From the NCBI GenBank assembly GCA_009103225.1, contig RHPI01003491.1, forward strand, positions 100,450 to 164,449: a stretch of DNA of 64,000 bases, in the 5' to 3' direction. Below are positions 13,800 to 27,189 of this stretch, piece after piece. Both the position numbers and the translations under genes were made by a program. Each line of letters begins with the position of its first letter. Within the stretch, counting starts at the first letter, position 1. The DNA is from Chlorokybus atmophyticus. Taxonomy: Eukaryota; Plantae; Mesostigma and Chlorokybus algae. The notes below the pieces were generated by a model. The model was given only the letters and a program-made list of their open reading frames with translations, was not told where the DNA came from and made no database searches.

Positions 13800-14500
13800 T
13801 CAACGTGGTCAGCAGCTTGTTCAACAGTTGGACGTTATTGCTGCATGGCTTCAATCAAGTCCGTCATGGCCGTGCGAAAGTGCGTTTTGTAGGTGCACAT
13901 GTGTGCAAGGGGTAACGAATGCGTGTTGTGAGTCCATGACACGCAACGGCATTGCGCACGGGGTGTTTGAAGCTACTAGCCTCTGCTGAGCAACAACGCA
14001 CGATGCCGTGGTGTGATATTGTGATATGTCGTCCAGAGGACGGCGGGCTTTATTTGTGCAGTTTGGTATAAATTCCGTTGTTTCTCTGTTAGGAACACCT
14101 CAAATTTGTTTGATTCTCATTATGAAATGATTTTAAAATAGAAGCACAGCATCCATATTTGTTCGTGCCACGGTGAGGATGTTCTGAGAAAATATAGGCC
14201 TCCGTCGGGCAAATATGAGCCTATGTATGACAGCTTCTCAAGGTCTTGTGCATCGACGACAAATATCATCAATGTAACGCAAGACGCCGCGCGTGCACTG
14301 TTGCAACATCTGTACATGTCCTTGTTGACGCGGATGCTGCATGCAAGTCAAACTTTAACTCATATGCTAACCAAAGTAATCATTGGCCAAATGCCCCCGG
14401 CATTGTTGCCCTTGGGGATGCCTTGCTATGTGAACATCTTATATGATGCTACTCGTACATAGAAGGTTTTCAGTAAAACACTCCAACAGTTGTATAAAAG
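13800..14500 (-). mobile_element. Penelope-like element RT relic
   Basis: FYVRV...QGIPKGNNAG, LANDY, AYELKF, VLRYIDDIC, then thumb HMCTYKTHFRTAMTDLIEAM, which aligns with the 27-kb relic. Broken by stops and frameshifts. Confidence 0.7.
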
Positions 14501-15244
14501 TGGCATGCTGCTATGCTTGACATGCGCACAATAGTTGGACATGCATGACACGGACAGCAGCATACCAATCAGCATGCAAGCACGCTAGTATACACCACCA
14601 CAAGGCTATATACACGGTTCATTCACACCAAACTCACTACGCTACTCTAGACCTCCCTGTTAGACATGCATGCATGTTGGTGGTGAATTGCCTGCCCACA
14701 TGGGCTGTATGCACCACAACCTCCATATACAAGCAACTACTGCACTTTCACATGAACTTGTATGCCGCGAAGCTTATGTACATGAGAAGCATCATCGGCA
14801 CTTTGCGAGCACCAGTCCTGCGGAAATAACAACGTCACCAGCGTTTGGTGGTGCAAACACTTGCTGCATTGTACATTAGTTAAGCATGATGATCGGTCAC
14901 ACATGCTCTCAACTAAGCATGTGTAGTATGATGGGTTGGTTCCCTCCTCAGGCAGCTAAGGCGCTGCAGAGAGTGCTTGCCTGATTACTATAACCAACCT
15001 GCGTGCAGTTATGTTGTGATCATCTTAGACACCGTCAGCGTGAATGACGATGCTGCACACGCACGTCGCGCACACGCACGCACGCACATTGCGTTGTGTG
15101 TGTGCATGCTGGCGCACCCAAGGACATTTGCTTTAGTAGTGACATTGGAGCTAAGACAGACGCCAACACAGAAATGCAAACGCCAGAGACCCAACACCTC
15201 AGCGCACCCAAACAAGGGTCGTGTACTCTCACCTGACTTAGCGT

Positions 15245-16886
15245 TTATTGGTGACGGCATGGTTCATATTCTCGAAGCTCTGTTTGCCTTCCTGCTGATG
15301 CATCAGACAGGCTTCGTTCCTGCGTGGGTTCAATGCGCGTACAGCCACTCTGTTTGGGCAGCAAAAACAATGCATTGGTTAGCACCATGTCATGTGTGTA
15401 TGACCGATGTCTCGCCCCCTTCTGTGAGACAGGTGGCGGCTTCGACGGCACCAATGCCGTTGGCATGTTACTGACAAGCTCGTCACACAAACGCACCTCC
15501 CAGGCCAGATCGCCAGAGGTGGCCGGCACTTTGCGAGGGAGGTCAGACGCTGTATACATTTGTATGTGAGAGAGAGTGAGAGAAAATAATTAGTAATAAA
15601 GTGCTTTTACGCAACGCACCTTCTGCACCTTCTTGTCGCTCTTCTGCCTTGTTACATCCAACGCCACATTGCCCAAACTCCTCTGGCTCTTCCTGCTTTA
15701 CTACAAATTCTTTATCCGCCTCATTTTCCTCCTCTTCATCCATGTGTACGCGTGTCTTTGTCGAGTGCACACCCGCCCTTGCCTTATAGATGCGATCCAA
15801 CGTGATTGGCAGACCGAGCGCAAGCTCCCTCTCAGCGCGGTCCACCACCCGCACGGCTTCCTCGTGTGTGAGGCAACAGCCGACATACAACGGCTTCTTG
15901 TTGATGTAGATCTGCACTTGCCATCTGTGATAGTTCTTCTGCCACGTCACGCCAACCCGGCGTGGAGGCGCCTCCTCCGCCCTGCCCTCAGTCCCTCCTC
16001 CTCCCCGCAGTGTTGTGGTGTTTGCTTTTGACATGCACGTGGCTGCAGACTGCTTTCCCTTGTCGGCAGTGCCTCGGTGACCTGCAAGCACAAAGACGTC
16101 CCAATCACGCAGTGGGGATCTTGTGCCACAATGCCACATTCAAACGCTGACTCAGCGTTTGACATTCACTTCATTGGATGAAGTGAATCTGATGCAGGGA
16201 ATGGTTAAATGCAACGACATTTTGAAACGGAACACACCTTGTTCCTGTGCTTCGGCATCCTGCTCTTGCTCATCCTCAGCCTTCTCCTCGTCTTCCTCAC
16301 CTCCTTGTCTCCCTGCCGTGCTGACCCCATGTGCTGGCCTGGCAGCATTCCCATCCTTCTTATGCCTCTTCATGGTGGGCGTGGCTGAAAGGTGTTTGCG
16401 CTTCCGTGCATTGGCTTTGCCATCTGCATGGCATCTAGCTTAGAAGCATGTTGCATCCAGTCCAGCATTTCTGCACATCTGCATGCACGCGCTGCTGCAC
16501 GCACGCGTGCACCCACACCGACCCACCCACTCACCCCTCAAACACAGATGCGCACGCAGACACGCTCTCAAGCATGCACTGCCGCGCACAGAATATGGCA
16601 AGCTTATACAAAGGACAATGTACCCTACTACATACCATACCACAACGCGATACCCTACTTGCACCACAGCTGTGCCATATGCACGCACGTGCATATCGCA
16701 CCTTCGTGCGAAGCGTGCATACGCACTGTAGTTGTACGATCCATGTTGTCCATCTGTGGCAGAATGCGTGCCTCTGCAGTGCTCCGCTCCTTGTCGCCAA
16801 TAAGGGTTGCTTTATCACACTGATGGCCGTCTGCAGAGAAAGGTCTATATGTTGGAAAGGTGTATACACATACGCGCGCTCCCCCC

Positions 16887-16968
<82 letters not shown>

Positions 16969-19900
16969 TGCATCAGAGTGGCACAACTTAAGGCACCTTC
17001 TTCATCCTCTTCTGTCTCTCCAAGTTCAGTACCACAACGCCCAAGTTCATCCTGCTCTTCACTCTTCACCACCACTTCGTCCTCTTCCTCCGTCGCCTCC
17101 TCGTCATCCAAGTGTATGCATGTTTTGGCTGGCTTAACCGCCCTTGCGTATCGATCCAACGTGATGGGCAGGCCGAGTGCTGCCTCCCTCATGGCACGGT
17201 CCATTGCGCGTGCGGCCTCCTCGTGTGCATGGTATCTGCCAACATACAGGTTCTTGCCATTGACGTTTATGTGCGCTCGCCATATGTGATCCCTCTTGTT
17301 CCATGTCACGCCCATCCGTCGGGTAGGCGCCTCCGTTTTTGCGCCGTCCGTCCTTCCTCGCAGTCTTGTTGTGCTGGCTTTTGATGTGCACGTGGCTGCG
17401 ATCTGTTGTTTGCGCTTGCTGCGCGCACTGGTGCGGCAACCTGCACAGACATCCCAGTCATATATTGTTGGAGCAGTGCAGCCCGCGTGTAACATCACAG
17501 CCAGTAGCAGTCGCAATGCGTGCAAATGGTCTGGAGTGGAACACACCTTGTTCTTTTGCTTGGGCTTTCATGCTGGAAGGACAACGATCTGCTACGTGTG
17601 GTAGTCCAAGCACGGCCTCCTCCTCCTCGTCCTCCTCTTCCTCCTCCGAGGAGTCCTGCTCCTCGGCTTCACTGTCTTCCTCCTCACTCTGACCAAGTTT
17701 TGCTCTAGCCTTTGCTGCTTTGTGCCTTCGCTCTTGCGTAATCGGCAGGCCGAGCAGTTTTTCCCTCTCAGCGCGCTCTCTCGCGCAGACAGCCTCCTCA
17801 AATGTATGGTAGGCTCCAACGTACACATACTGGCGGTTCGCACTGATTTGCACTTGATAGCAGCCAGCTCTAAACCTTACGCCAGCTCGGTGGTGGCGAG
17901 GAGCCGTTCCGCCCTCTGCGGGTGGCATCCATGAGTTGCTTGTCGTTCTTGCGTTTGTTGAATGTGGTGCCTAAATGCGCACCTATGTAAGCGTGTGCAT
18001 GCAGGCACGCCTGAGCACCCATATATGCTTACACGCAACAGCATGGGCACATGCAAACGCTTGTACCCGTATGCACAAGCATTACGCACACAAATGCACG
18101 CACATACGCTCGTACGTGCATGCCTATGCAGACACACGCATGCACACCCCGGCCTGAGCGCACACACACCTTTTCCCTCGTCTTCCTCTTCCTCCACTTC
18201 TTCGTCCGATGCGGGCTCAGATTGGATAATATGCTGAAGTATTCGTAGCTTGAGCTCCTCCTCCTCCTGCTCTTCCTCCTCCTCTGCCTCACCTCCCCGC
18301 CTGCCTGGCGTGTTGACTATGCGTGCCAGCCTGGCAACCTTCCCATCCTTCTTGAAAGCCCGGTCCAACGTGATCTTCACGCCAAGTGCTCGTTCCTTCT
18401 CAGCTCGTTCCCTCGCCCGCACGGCTTCTTCGTATGTCACGTAGCGCCCCACATACAATCGCTCGTTATTGGCTCTGATGTGCACGCGGTAACGGTAGCT
18501 TTTCTTGCACCACGTCACACCCAACCGGCTTCTAGACAACTCCCGCCCTCTCCACCTCATACCAGCGCCTTTTGCTGGAGGAAGCACCTCACGCTGAGTG
18601 CGCTTGGGTAAATTGTTGCCAGCATCTATGCGCACGAACTATTCAGTGCCACAAGTGATAGGTATTACCACTATACGATGACATGCACACACTGTACCGT
18701 GTTCTGCTTTGCAATCTTCATCATCATCTTCAGAACTAGAACTCAAAAGGCTTGCAGCTGCTTGCAGTACAGCTTGCTTCTCCTCCTCCTCATCGTCATC
18801 ATCTTCATCCTCCTTCTCTTCCTCACTTCCGTTGACACAATGTTTTTCTGCTCTTTCTGTTCTCGTCGCCAGTGGTGCTGTCTGCCCCTTCTCTGTGTTG
18901 CGCGCACAATCGAGTGTGATGCTGAGTCCACGCTTGCGCCTTCTCTCCGCACGCTCTCCCGCAAGCACGGCCTCCGCATGCTTGCGGTAGCAGCCGACCA
19001 GCAGCTGCTTGCCGCTTACATAGATGTGTGTGCAGAACATGCGTGATGTCTTCGACCACGTCACGCCAAATCGGTGGTGGTGCGGAGGAGGGCGCAACGC
19101 AGCCTTTGCCTTGATCTTGGTTCCTCCTCGCTCTTGCAAGACTTGCCCCCGCCTGTCCGTGGTGTTGGCTCGCCGAACGATGGTGGGCGTGGCTGGAAGG
19201 TGTTTGCGCTTGCGTAGGTTGGCTTCGTCATCTGCACAGACACGCATGCACAAGGTTGCTGTAGACTATGCCGAAAGAGGTGGTCAATGCATGCACTCTT
19301 TCGCATTCACTTTGAAAGCATGTGCACGTACATAGAACGCTGCATTGCATACGCTTACATGCGCTTGCAGGCACATGCTCTCAATGCAGTTGCATGACAC
19401 GCAATTGCACACGCATGCGCATGCATACACGCACGGGTGCCTCAGAGTTTGACGTTGCTCACATGGTATACCACACCATACCACGTCATACCATACCCGC
19501 ACCACACATCAACGCCATATGCCATTACTTGTGAACTGCTCACCTTCACGCAATGCCTGCATTCGCACAGCAGTGGTACCGGCTGTGGTGTCCCTCAGTG
19601 GTGTAATGATAATGTGTGCCTCTGCAGCGCTCTGCTTCTTGTCGCCGCACAGGGTTGCATTGACACACTCATAGCCGTCTGCAGACCAGGGGCTACGTCA
19701 ACAAGGTGTACACACACACACTCACGCATGCACACGAAGAGGGCGGAAGAGGGAGAGCGAGCGAGCGAAGTAGAGCGCGAGCACGTGCGTGTGAGAAAGA
19801 AAGTGGTTGTACACAATGCACCTTCTTCGTGTTCCGCTTCTCTCTGGTTGCATCTCACGCCACAACACCCAATTCCCTCGTGCTCATCCTTCACCACAAC

Positions 19901-22575
19901 TTTCTCATCTTCCTCCACCTCCTGACTATCCTCCTCTTCGTCCATAAGTACGTGTCTCTTCACGTGCGCACCACCCCTTGCCTTGGATGGACCCACTGTG
20001 ACGGGCAGGCCAAGCGCGTGCTGCCTCTCTGCGCGGTCCATCACGCGCGCGGCCTCCTCGTGCGTGCAGTAGCTGCCGAGGTACAGCAGCTTGCTGCCAC
20101 TGATGCCAATCTTCACTTGCCAAAAGCACTTCCTCTTGTTCCATGTCACGCCGACCCGGCGGGGAGGCTCCTCCTCCCGGCCGTCCTCTCCGCCCACCTT
20201 CTCACCTCCTCCTGCACGCAGTCTTGTTGTGTTTGCTTTTGATGCAAGAGTCGCCGCTTGTACTTGACCGTGGTGCCTTGGCAACCCGAAACATATACAA
20301 GAAGTCGGATCATGCAAGTATGACACAGTTGTGAAAAGTTGTGCAGTTGCATACAGACAATTATGAGAGTGCAGTGAACGGTATTGTGGGACGGTTTTCA
20401 AGCTTGGGAAGTGCAATATCAACCCAGTAGCAGGCGCGACTCTGGGCAATGCATGAAACAGTTTGCAACGGAACATACCTTGTCCCTTTCCATGGGCTGT
20501 CAGCTTGGAAGGATGTCTGTGAGCACTTTTTGAATATGTGATGTTTGCCGCTTCCTCCTCCTGCTCATCTTCTCTACTGTCGTCCTCCTCACTCTGACCA
20601 ACCTTTGCTGCTTTGTGAGCTCGCTCTTGTGTGATCGGCAGGCCGAGCAATCTCACCCTCTCGGCGCGCTCCCGCGCAGGCAGCCTCCTCAAACGTGCTG
20701 TAGGCTCCAATGTACACTTGCTGGCGGCATGCCGTAATTTGCACTTGATGGCAGCCACCTCTTCGCCTTACGCCGGCTCGGTGGCGAGGCGCTTTCCCGC
20801 CCTCTGCGGGTGGCATCCATGAGTTGCCTGATATTGTGTCTGCGTGTGGTTGGTTTTGTGCCTACATGCGCATATACACACGCATGTATGCTCAATCGCA
20901 CAACGCGCATGCACACACAGACACACATGCACACGCAAGGGTACGGGCACGCACGCTTGCCCGCATAAGCAACTGCGTGCCCACACACCTTCTCCCTTTT
21001 CCTCTAATGTGGGCCTGGAGGCAATAAAGCGCCTCAGTTTTTGTCGCTTGGGCTCCTCTGCGGCCTGCTCTTCCTCCTCGTACTCGTCGTCGTCCTCCTC
21101 GTCTTCTTCACCTCCCCACCTCCCTGGCGTATTGACTACATGCGTCGGCCTTGCAACATCATGACTCCCGTCCTTCGTGTATCTTCGGTCCAGCGTAATC
21201 TCCAGGCCGAGCGCGCGTTCCTTCTCAGCTCGTTCCCTTGCGCGCACAGCTTCGTCAAATGCCACATAGCCTCCCACGTACAAGCACTTGCCGTTTGCTC
21301 TAATGTGCACGCGGTAACGGTAGGTTTTCTTGCACCACGTCACACCCAAGCGGCCCTGAGATGACTCCCGCCCTCTTCGTCTCACACCGGCTCGCTTTAC
21401 TAGAGGAAGCACCTCACGCCGGGTGCACTTGCGTGAGTTGTAGCCCACATCTACGCGCATGGATCGTTCAGTGCCAAGTGGTAGGGGTTATCACTACACG
21501 TTGACATGCACACACTTTACCGTGTTCTGCCTCCCAATCTTCATCATCGTCTTCAGAACTTGAACTCATAGATACCGCGGCCTCTTGCAGTACAACTTGC
21601 TGCTGCGCCTCCTCCTCCTCCTCCTCCTCCTGCTCATCATCATCTTCCACCTCCTCTTCCTCTTCATCTCCCTCGAGACAACTTCTCATGGATCCGCCTG
21701 CTCTCGTCACCAGCGGTGCTCTCTGCTTGTCCTTCGTGTTGTACACGCGATCCAGTGTTATGTCGAGTCCATGCTCATGCTCCCTCTCCGCGCGCTCCCG
21801 CGCGAGCATAGCCTCCTCGTGCGTATGGTAGCAGCCCACTAACAGCTGCTTGCCGCTCACATTGATGTGTGTGCAGAACTTGCGCGCTGTCTTCGCCCAC
21901 GTTACACCAATGCGGTGGTGGCGAGGAGGAGGACGCGTTGAAGCCTTTGCCTTGCCGTAGGTTCCTCCTCGCTCTTGCGGAACGCGCCCCCGCCTCTTTG
22001 AGCTTGCATTGATTCTCCGCGCATGCAGGAGGGCGTTGCGCATGGCGAGAAGGTGTTTGCGCTTCCACGCGTTGGCTTTGCCATCTGCATAGACACGCTT
22101 GCTCAGTTTATCGGTTGCCATGCTGAGCGGATGTACTACATGTCGTTTTAGCATTGAACGTGCAAGGATGCTGTATGCAGTCCAGCGTCTACATATCAGC
22201 AGGCACGCATCCGTATTCACACATGCACACATGCACAAGCAAGCACATAGAATGTGCACGCAGTCACGTTCTTCAGCAGGCACATGCACACGTGCACAAG
22301 CACGCGCACAGAGTTCAGCAAACAAACGCAAGCATAGTGTACCACAGCAAACCATGCCGTACCGTACCCGCACCACGCATCCATGCTATGAGCACGCACC
22401 TGTGTATTGCGCACCTTCACGCAACTCCTGCATTGGTACAGCAGTGGTGCGGTGTGTGATGTCCGTCCACGGCAGGACGCGTGCCTTTGCAGCGCTCTGC
22501 TTGTCTCCGTGAAGGGTTGCATTGACACACTGATAACCATCTGCAGAAAAGAGGCTATGTTTGACAGGCGTACAC

Positions 22576-22653
<78 letters not shown>

Positions 22654-22654
22654 N

Positions 22655-22726
<72 letters not shown>

Positions 22727-24450
22727 TTGCAACACTGAGTGTTTGTACATGGCGCACCTTTGTTATCTTCTGGTCTTTCTCCTACCTCGTTGCATTCAAC
22801 GCCACATTGCCCAAACTCCTGAGGCTCTTCCTTCCTTTCGACAACTGCATCTTTCGCCTCACCTTGTTCTTCATCCATGTGTGTGCGTGTCTTCAAGCGC
22901 ACACCACCGCTTGCCTTTCTTCGATCCAACGTGATGGGCAGGCCAAGGGCGTGCTCCCTCTCTGCGCGGTCCATCACGCGCGCGGCCTCCTCGTGCGTGC
23001 GGTAACTGCCGAGGTACAGCGGCTTGCTGCCGCTGATGCCAATCTTCACTTGCCAACTGCATTTCCTCTTGTGCCATGTCACCCCCTGGCGGGGAGGCGC
23101 CTCCTCCCTGCCCTTTGTTTTGTTTGCTGTTGCTGCATCAGTGGCCGCGGGCTCCTTGCCTGCGGTGGTCAAGCGCTGTGTTGTGGTGTGGTGTGTGTGT
23201 GTGTGTGGTGGTGGTGGTGTGTGTGTGTGTGTGGGGGGGGATGCGGTCTGAACTGCTGGTTGTGTGTGTTTGACAGTGNNNNNNNNNNNNNNNNNNNNNN
23301 NNNNNNNNNNNNNNNNNNNNNNNNNNNNNNNNNNNNNNNNNNNNNNNNNNNNNNNNNNNNNNNNNNNNNNNNNNNNNNNNNNNNNNNNNNNNNNNNNNNN
23401 NNNNNNNNNNNNNNNNNNNNNNNGTGAGAGAGAGAGACATGAAGACACTTTCCTCTTGTCTGCAAAGTAGCACCTCTGACACTGTTCCCCACCTGCAAGC
23501 TGCTGTCTTGGTTGTGTCTGCCAATGTCGAGCTGATACGGCATGAACAGAATGCACGTCCAGATCTGCGTTATCATCATTGCATGTTGGCGAAAGCAGGC
23601 TGGCAGTCCCAATCTCACTTTCGTCCAATGCACTCTGACTCAGGACCCCTGCACAAGAACAGAAGAACAGCCATGAACACGCACACACACAAGCGCTCAT
23701 GCGTGCACACACACGCACGCTCGTGCACACACACTCCAAAAAGCAAGCAAGGTAAAGCTCGCTTGCAACGACTTGCAAGCGAGCTTCACCTTGTAAGCAG
23801 TGGAAGTACTCCGCGCGCACCGAGGCGGGCAAGTTATCGTCGCAATCGTTGGCAACCAGCTCTCCGCTCACAGCTATGTGCTAATGCAACCCAGTGCATT
23901 GCATGCATGTGCATGTTGTAAGGCCACAACATAAGAGCACACAGGTGACTGCAGGACTGCATAACATCCACCAGCACGAAGTGTACAGGGGTTCAAAACA
24001 ACAGGTTACACTACCTCCAACAGCTTGGCCATGCACAGCTTCCCCTGCCTTTCTGGGCGAGGAAAATGCCTCATGCCTCATGCTCTTTTGTGCGGTCATC
24101 ATGCAGTCATCTGCTTTGACAGAAACAAGTTGTAGTAACCAAGTTCAAAAGAACGGCAAGCACCAACAGCTCCAGTTCTTTGCAAGTACAATTGCTGCTT
24201 TGCTTGTGAGGGCATGGGCAGCAGGAAGGTAGCTGTTCACCCAATGATTGTCAACGCTGCTTACAACATGGCAAAGGCAGAAAGTCGCACTGCTTACGTG
24301 TGAAACAATTCGTGTTGAAGGACACAATGTGGCTACCTTGCAAGCGCAGACATGTCGCCGCCGCTGGCGGTGATCTTGCAGTAAGCTCTGGGCGAACAGA
24401 CGTGCTGCTTGCAAAACACACCGCTTGCCGCTGTATAGGCATGAATTAAT
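15245..24450 (-). CDS. Multi-exon gene encoding ten AP2-like DNA-binding domains, each followed by an acidic tract; built by intragenic tandem duplication of a ~2.9-kb exon block; 5' end uncertain
   Basis: Phase-1 AG/GT exons: 23159-22758, 22540-22415, 22084-21521, 21450-20989, 20803-20479, 20211-19822, 19678-19544, 19231-18698, 18625-18170, 17915-17547, 17440-16997, 16830-16702, 16423-16238, 16081-15620. All are multiples of 3 except 20803-20479. Motif GVTWxK...WxVxI...LYxGxYxTxEEAxRxxxRA. Further candidate exons at 23.5-24.45 kb and 15.25-15.55 kb. Confidence 0.78.
16890..16963. repeat. Intronic (GA)n microsatellite
   Basis: GA run in the A-E intron; the paralogous intron has a longer run at about 22577-22722. 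Confidence 0.95.
22577..22722. repeat. Intronic (GA)n microsatellite with a single-N join
   Basis: GA run; N at 22654. Confidence 0.95.
23279..23423. other. Assembly gap
   Basis: Run of N. Confidence 1.
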
Positions 24451-27189
24451 TGAGCCTGACCAGTGATATAGGCCTGAACCACGAGCACACATCATCAAAA
24501 TGCACATTTCCCTGGCACCAAACTTCATGACGTACACAAACATAACAAGCTGCATGGATGGGTCGTGGGCTAGATTGGCGGTTACATGCATGATGTGGAC
24601 AATTGATGCGAAACAAACGTGTGGCTCACTTGGTGCATACGTGGAAGTTGTGGAAGGTTGAAATAGAGGCTTAGATACACTTGATGACAGCGGTCATTAG
24701 AATGGGGTATTGAATAATGCATGACATTCTGTGCCGCTTGCATTAAGTACCCCCTTAACTTTAACTTTAAAATCTTGTACATGTGGTCTTACAGCTTGTT
24801 GTTCAATAGATTATACTATATGTCACAACTTGTTATTATACATGTGGTCTACGATCACCGCAAACATACCATACCACCAAATGCCGTACATTATACAAAC
24901 CTTAATTAAGCGCCGTTACAAATGATTTATCTTACGGGCCATCATGTCGTAATAAAGTGGCGCTGTTGGAACTTATGCTAGTTATGGCGACGCATCATGA
25001 CTTGTAACGCATAAGATTACATGACGTCATGTGACGATTCTAAGGATGATGTTTGTGATGTTTTAGGCTGATTTGATCTCAAGGACGTTCACAGTAACCG
25101 AGGCTATTGTGTGGCAGTCCGAGACATTACCAAGGTCCGAGGCTAGTGTGTGGCAGCCCCGACGCAAGTATGATGGTCAATGCAGCAGTGCCAACGCATG
25201 TAGTTTTGGAGATTTGTGTTCTAAGTCGGGGAGCAGCAAGGGGGAGTATATATGAGCGTCCCAACACGTGTTGGGGCAACTCTTGAGGTGCATGCTTCAC
25301 TCTTGTGCGTGGGGTGCCTAGTCTAGTTATTCAAGGGGCTCTCCCTCTCATCCCTAGTGGGTTGTGATGTTTGTAGCAGCCCTACACGTATGTGGGAAGT
25401 GTGATTGCGTGTATGAGTGCTAAAGCTAATCATGAGTGGAGAGGTTGGCGTCCATCCTCTCCTTCCTAGGTGCGGTGCTATGATTTCCCTGCAAGGTGCT
25501 GCACCAGTGGTGTTGATAGAGCTTTTATTTATAAGTCCTTACGCTTGCGCATGAGTTTGCCAAGCCAACCCCTAAGTAAGTGAGTTGTGCACGTCGCATT
25601 TGGCATTAACAAACCATGCAACATAATAGATTCTGTGTTATGAGAGCAATGCATATCAATTCATTCAGCACTTAATAGGTTATCGTGTGCTTGAACCCAA
25701 GTTGAAACCAATTGCAAGTAAACTTGAATATCGGCTAATGCAAGCATCACAAAAGCAAGCATGAAATTATATAGAGGCTGATAGGTAATGTGATACACTT
25801 AGCTAACGCGGTCATTGAAGCCTTCTTAAGACTTGGCGGTACTACTCGCATGCAGCAGCAAGAAAGGCTTGCCAATTGCAATCGACAACGTATAGTAAAG
25901 ACAACCTGTAGAGCGCAAGTTCATGGTGGAGGCCAAGCGCAGCTTTGTAGCAGCATGCGGCATGCACACTTAACACACATGACACCAAGACAGCTCGACC
26001 CGCGCCACGTAATGTACATTTCCAAAGGTACCATCATGTTACACATCACACAAGATGCTCTCTACCACAAGCTTGTCATAAGTACACCACACCTATTTAA
26101 ACACCTATATAGGGTATATCATGGAGGTAAGTAAAGCACAGCACAATAGCGAGCAATAGCATGAGTCAACACAAACATGTTGCCAACACCTACACAACAT
26201 GCAACCTCGACATACCAAACGGCATTGGCACAGCATGCAACATCGATAGCAGTCACATAATAGTGTGACAGCGCTCATGGACTTGCCGCACTGAGCGCCT
26301 CTAACGGCAGCTGTTTAGCTGCTGAGGCTGAGCACAGTTGGAAGACGATCCATAGTGAACGACACTGTAACAATGCTTGTGCTCACATGCACATCACACA
26401 AGTCATACAGCACGTGTGCACAAGTAAGCACAGTGTTCACACCGGAACCTTGCATTCCTCCGCGCACGCACACACGCACGCACGCACGTGTCTAGCGCAC
26501 ACACGCACACGAACACTACTACTTCTCATGCCAAGTAAGAACGCCTAGTGTGCCTTGGATCACGACTCTCTCAAGCATACAATAGCATACCCACAGCAAA
26601 GAGCAGAAAGCAAAGCTGGTTGTATTACACAGGGTTTTCCTACTTATATCAGCACCAAAACTAAGTAGGTTAATAACCAGGCATTTTGTTCATGATTTAC
26701 CAAAATTTAAGGACTGTATAAGTGCAGGCTGCTGCCCCTCGCGTTGGGTACCTTTCACGCGGCAGCTAACTGTGCACCCTGCGTCGTAAGGTATTGCACA
26801 GCGGAAGCTGACGAAGTCCGCAGTGCCTAGCTAGGTGTAATGTCACATGCGGCGGCAGTCACGTCGCTACTGGCTCGGCAAGCACGTTGCAGGCGAAGGC
26901 GAAGTTGCGCGCTGCAGTAGAGCCGGCGCCAGAAGGGCCTAATAAAGCCTTTGAAAACTCGTTATTAAGCCAAAAAAGGGGGCAAAACACATATTATACA
27001 TGCAGTAAAAAATGGAAAAGGGTCTAGGCTATTACAGACATGGTGGTGGCGGAGAAGAAGGAGGGAGAGGCGCAGGGGGGAGTCCGATCGGGCTATATGT
27101 GCGTATAAGAGAGTAGTATGATAGGTTGGTAGCACGCATGCTGTCCAGCACATGCATGAAGGCTTTGGGTGACCCTCATTTATTGCTGC

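Larger units (their letters stand above)
15620..23160 (-). repeat. Tandem duplication array (unit A-E-D-C-B about 2.9 kb; two full units plus two partial)
   Basis: Homologous exons recur in the same order, e.g. C copies at 21450 and 18625, D copies at 22084, 19231 and 16423. Confidence 0.9.

Noticed and set aside
26790-26930. Hammerhead ribozyme (CTGACGA at 26808) upstream of the PLE relic
   Set aside because: The core lies inside a GCGGA/TCCGC hairpin loop and there is no stem II-GAAA-stem III arrangement.
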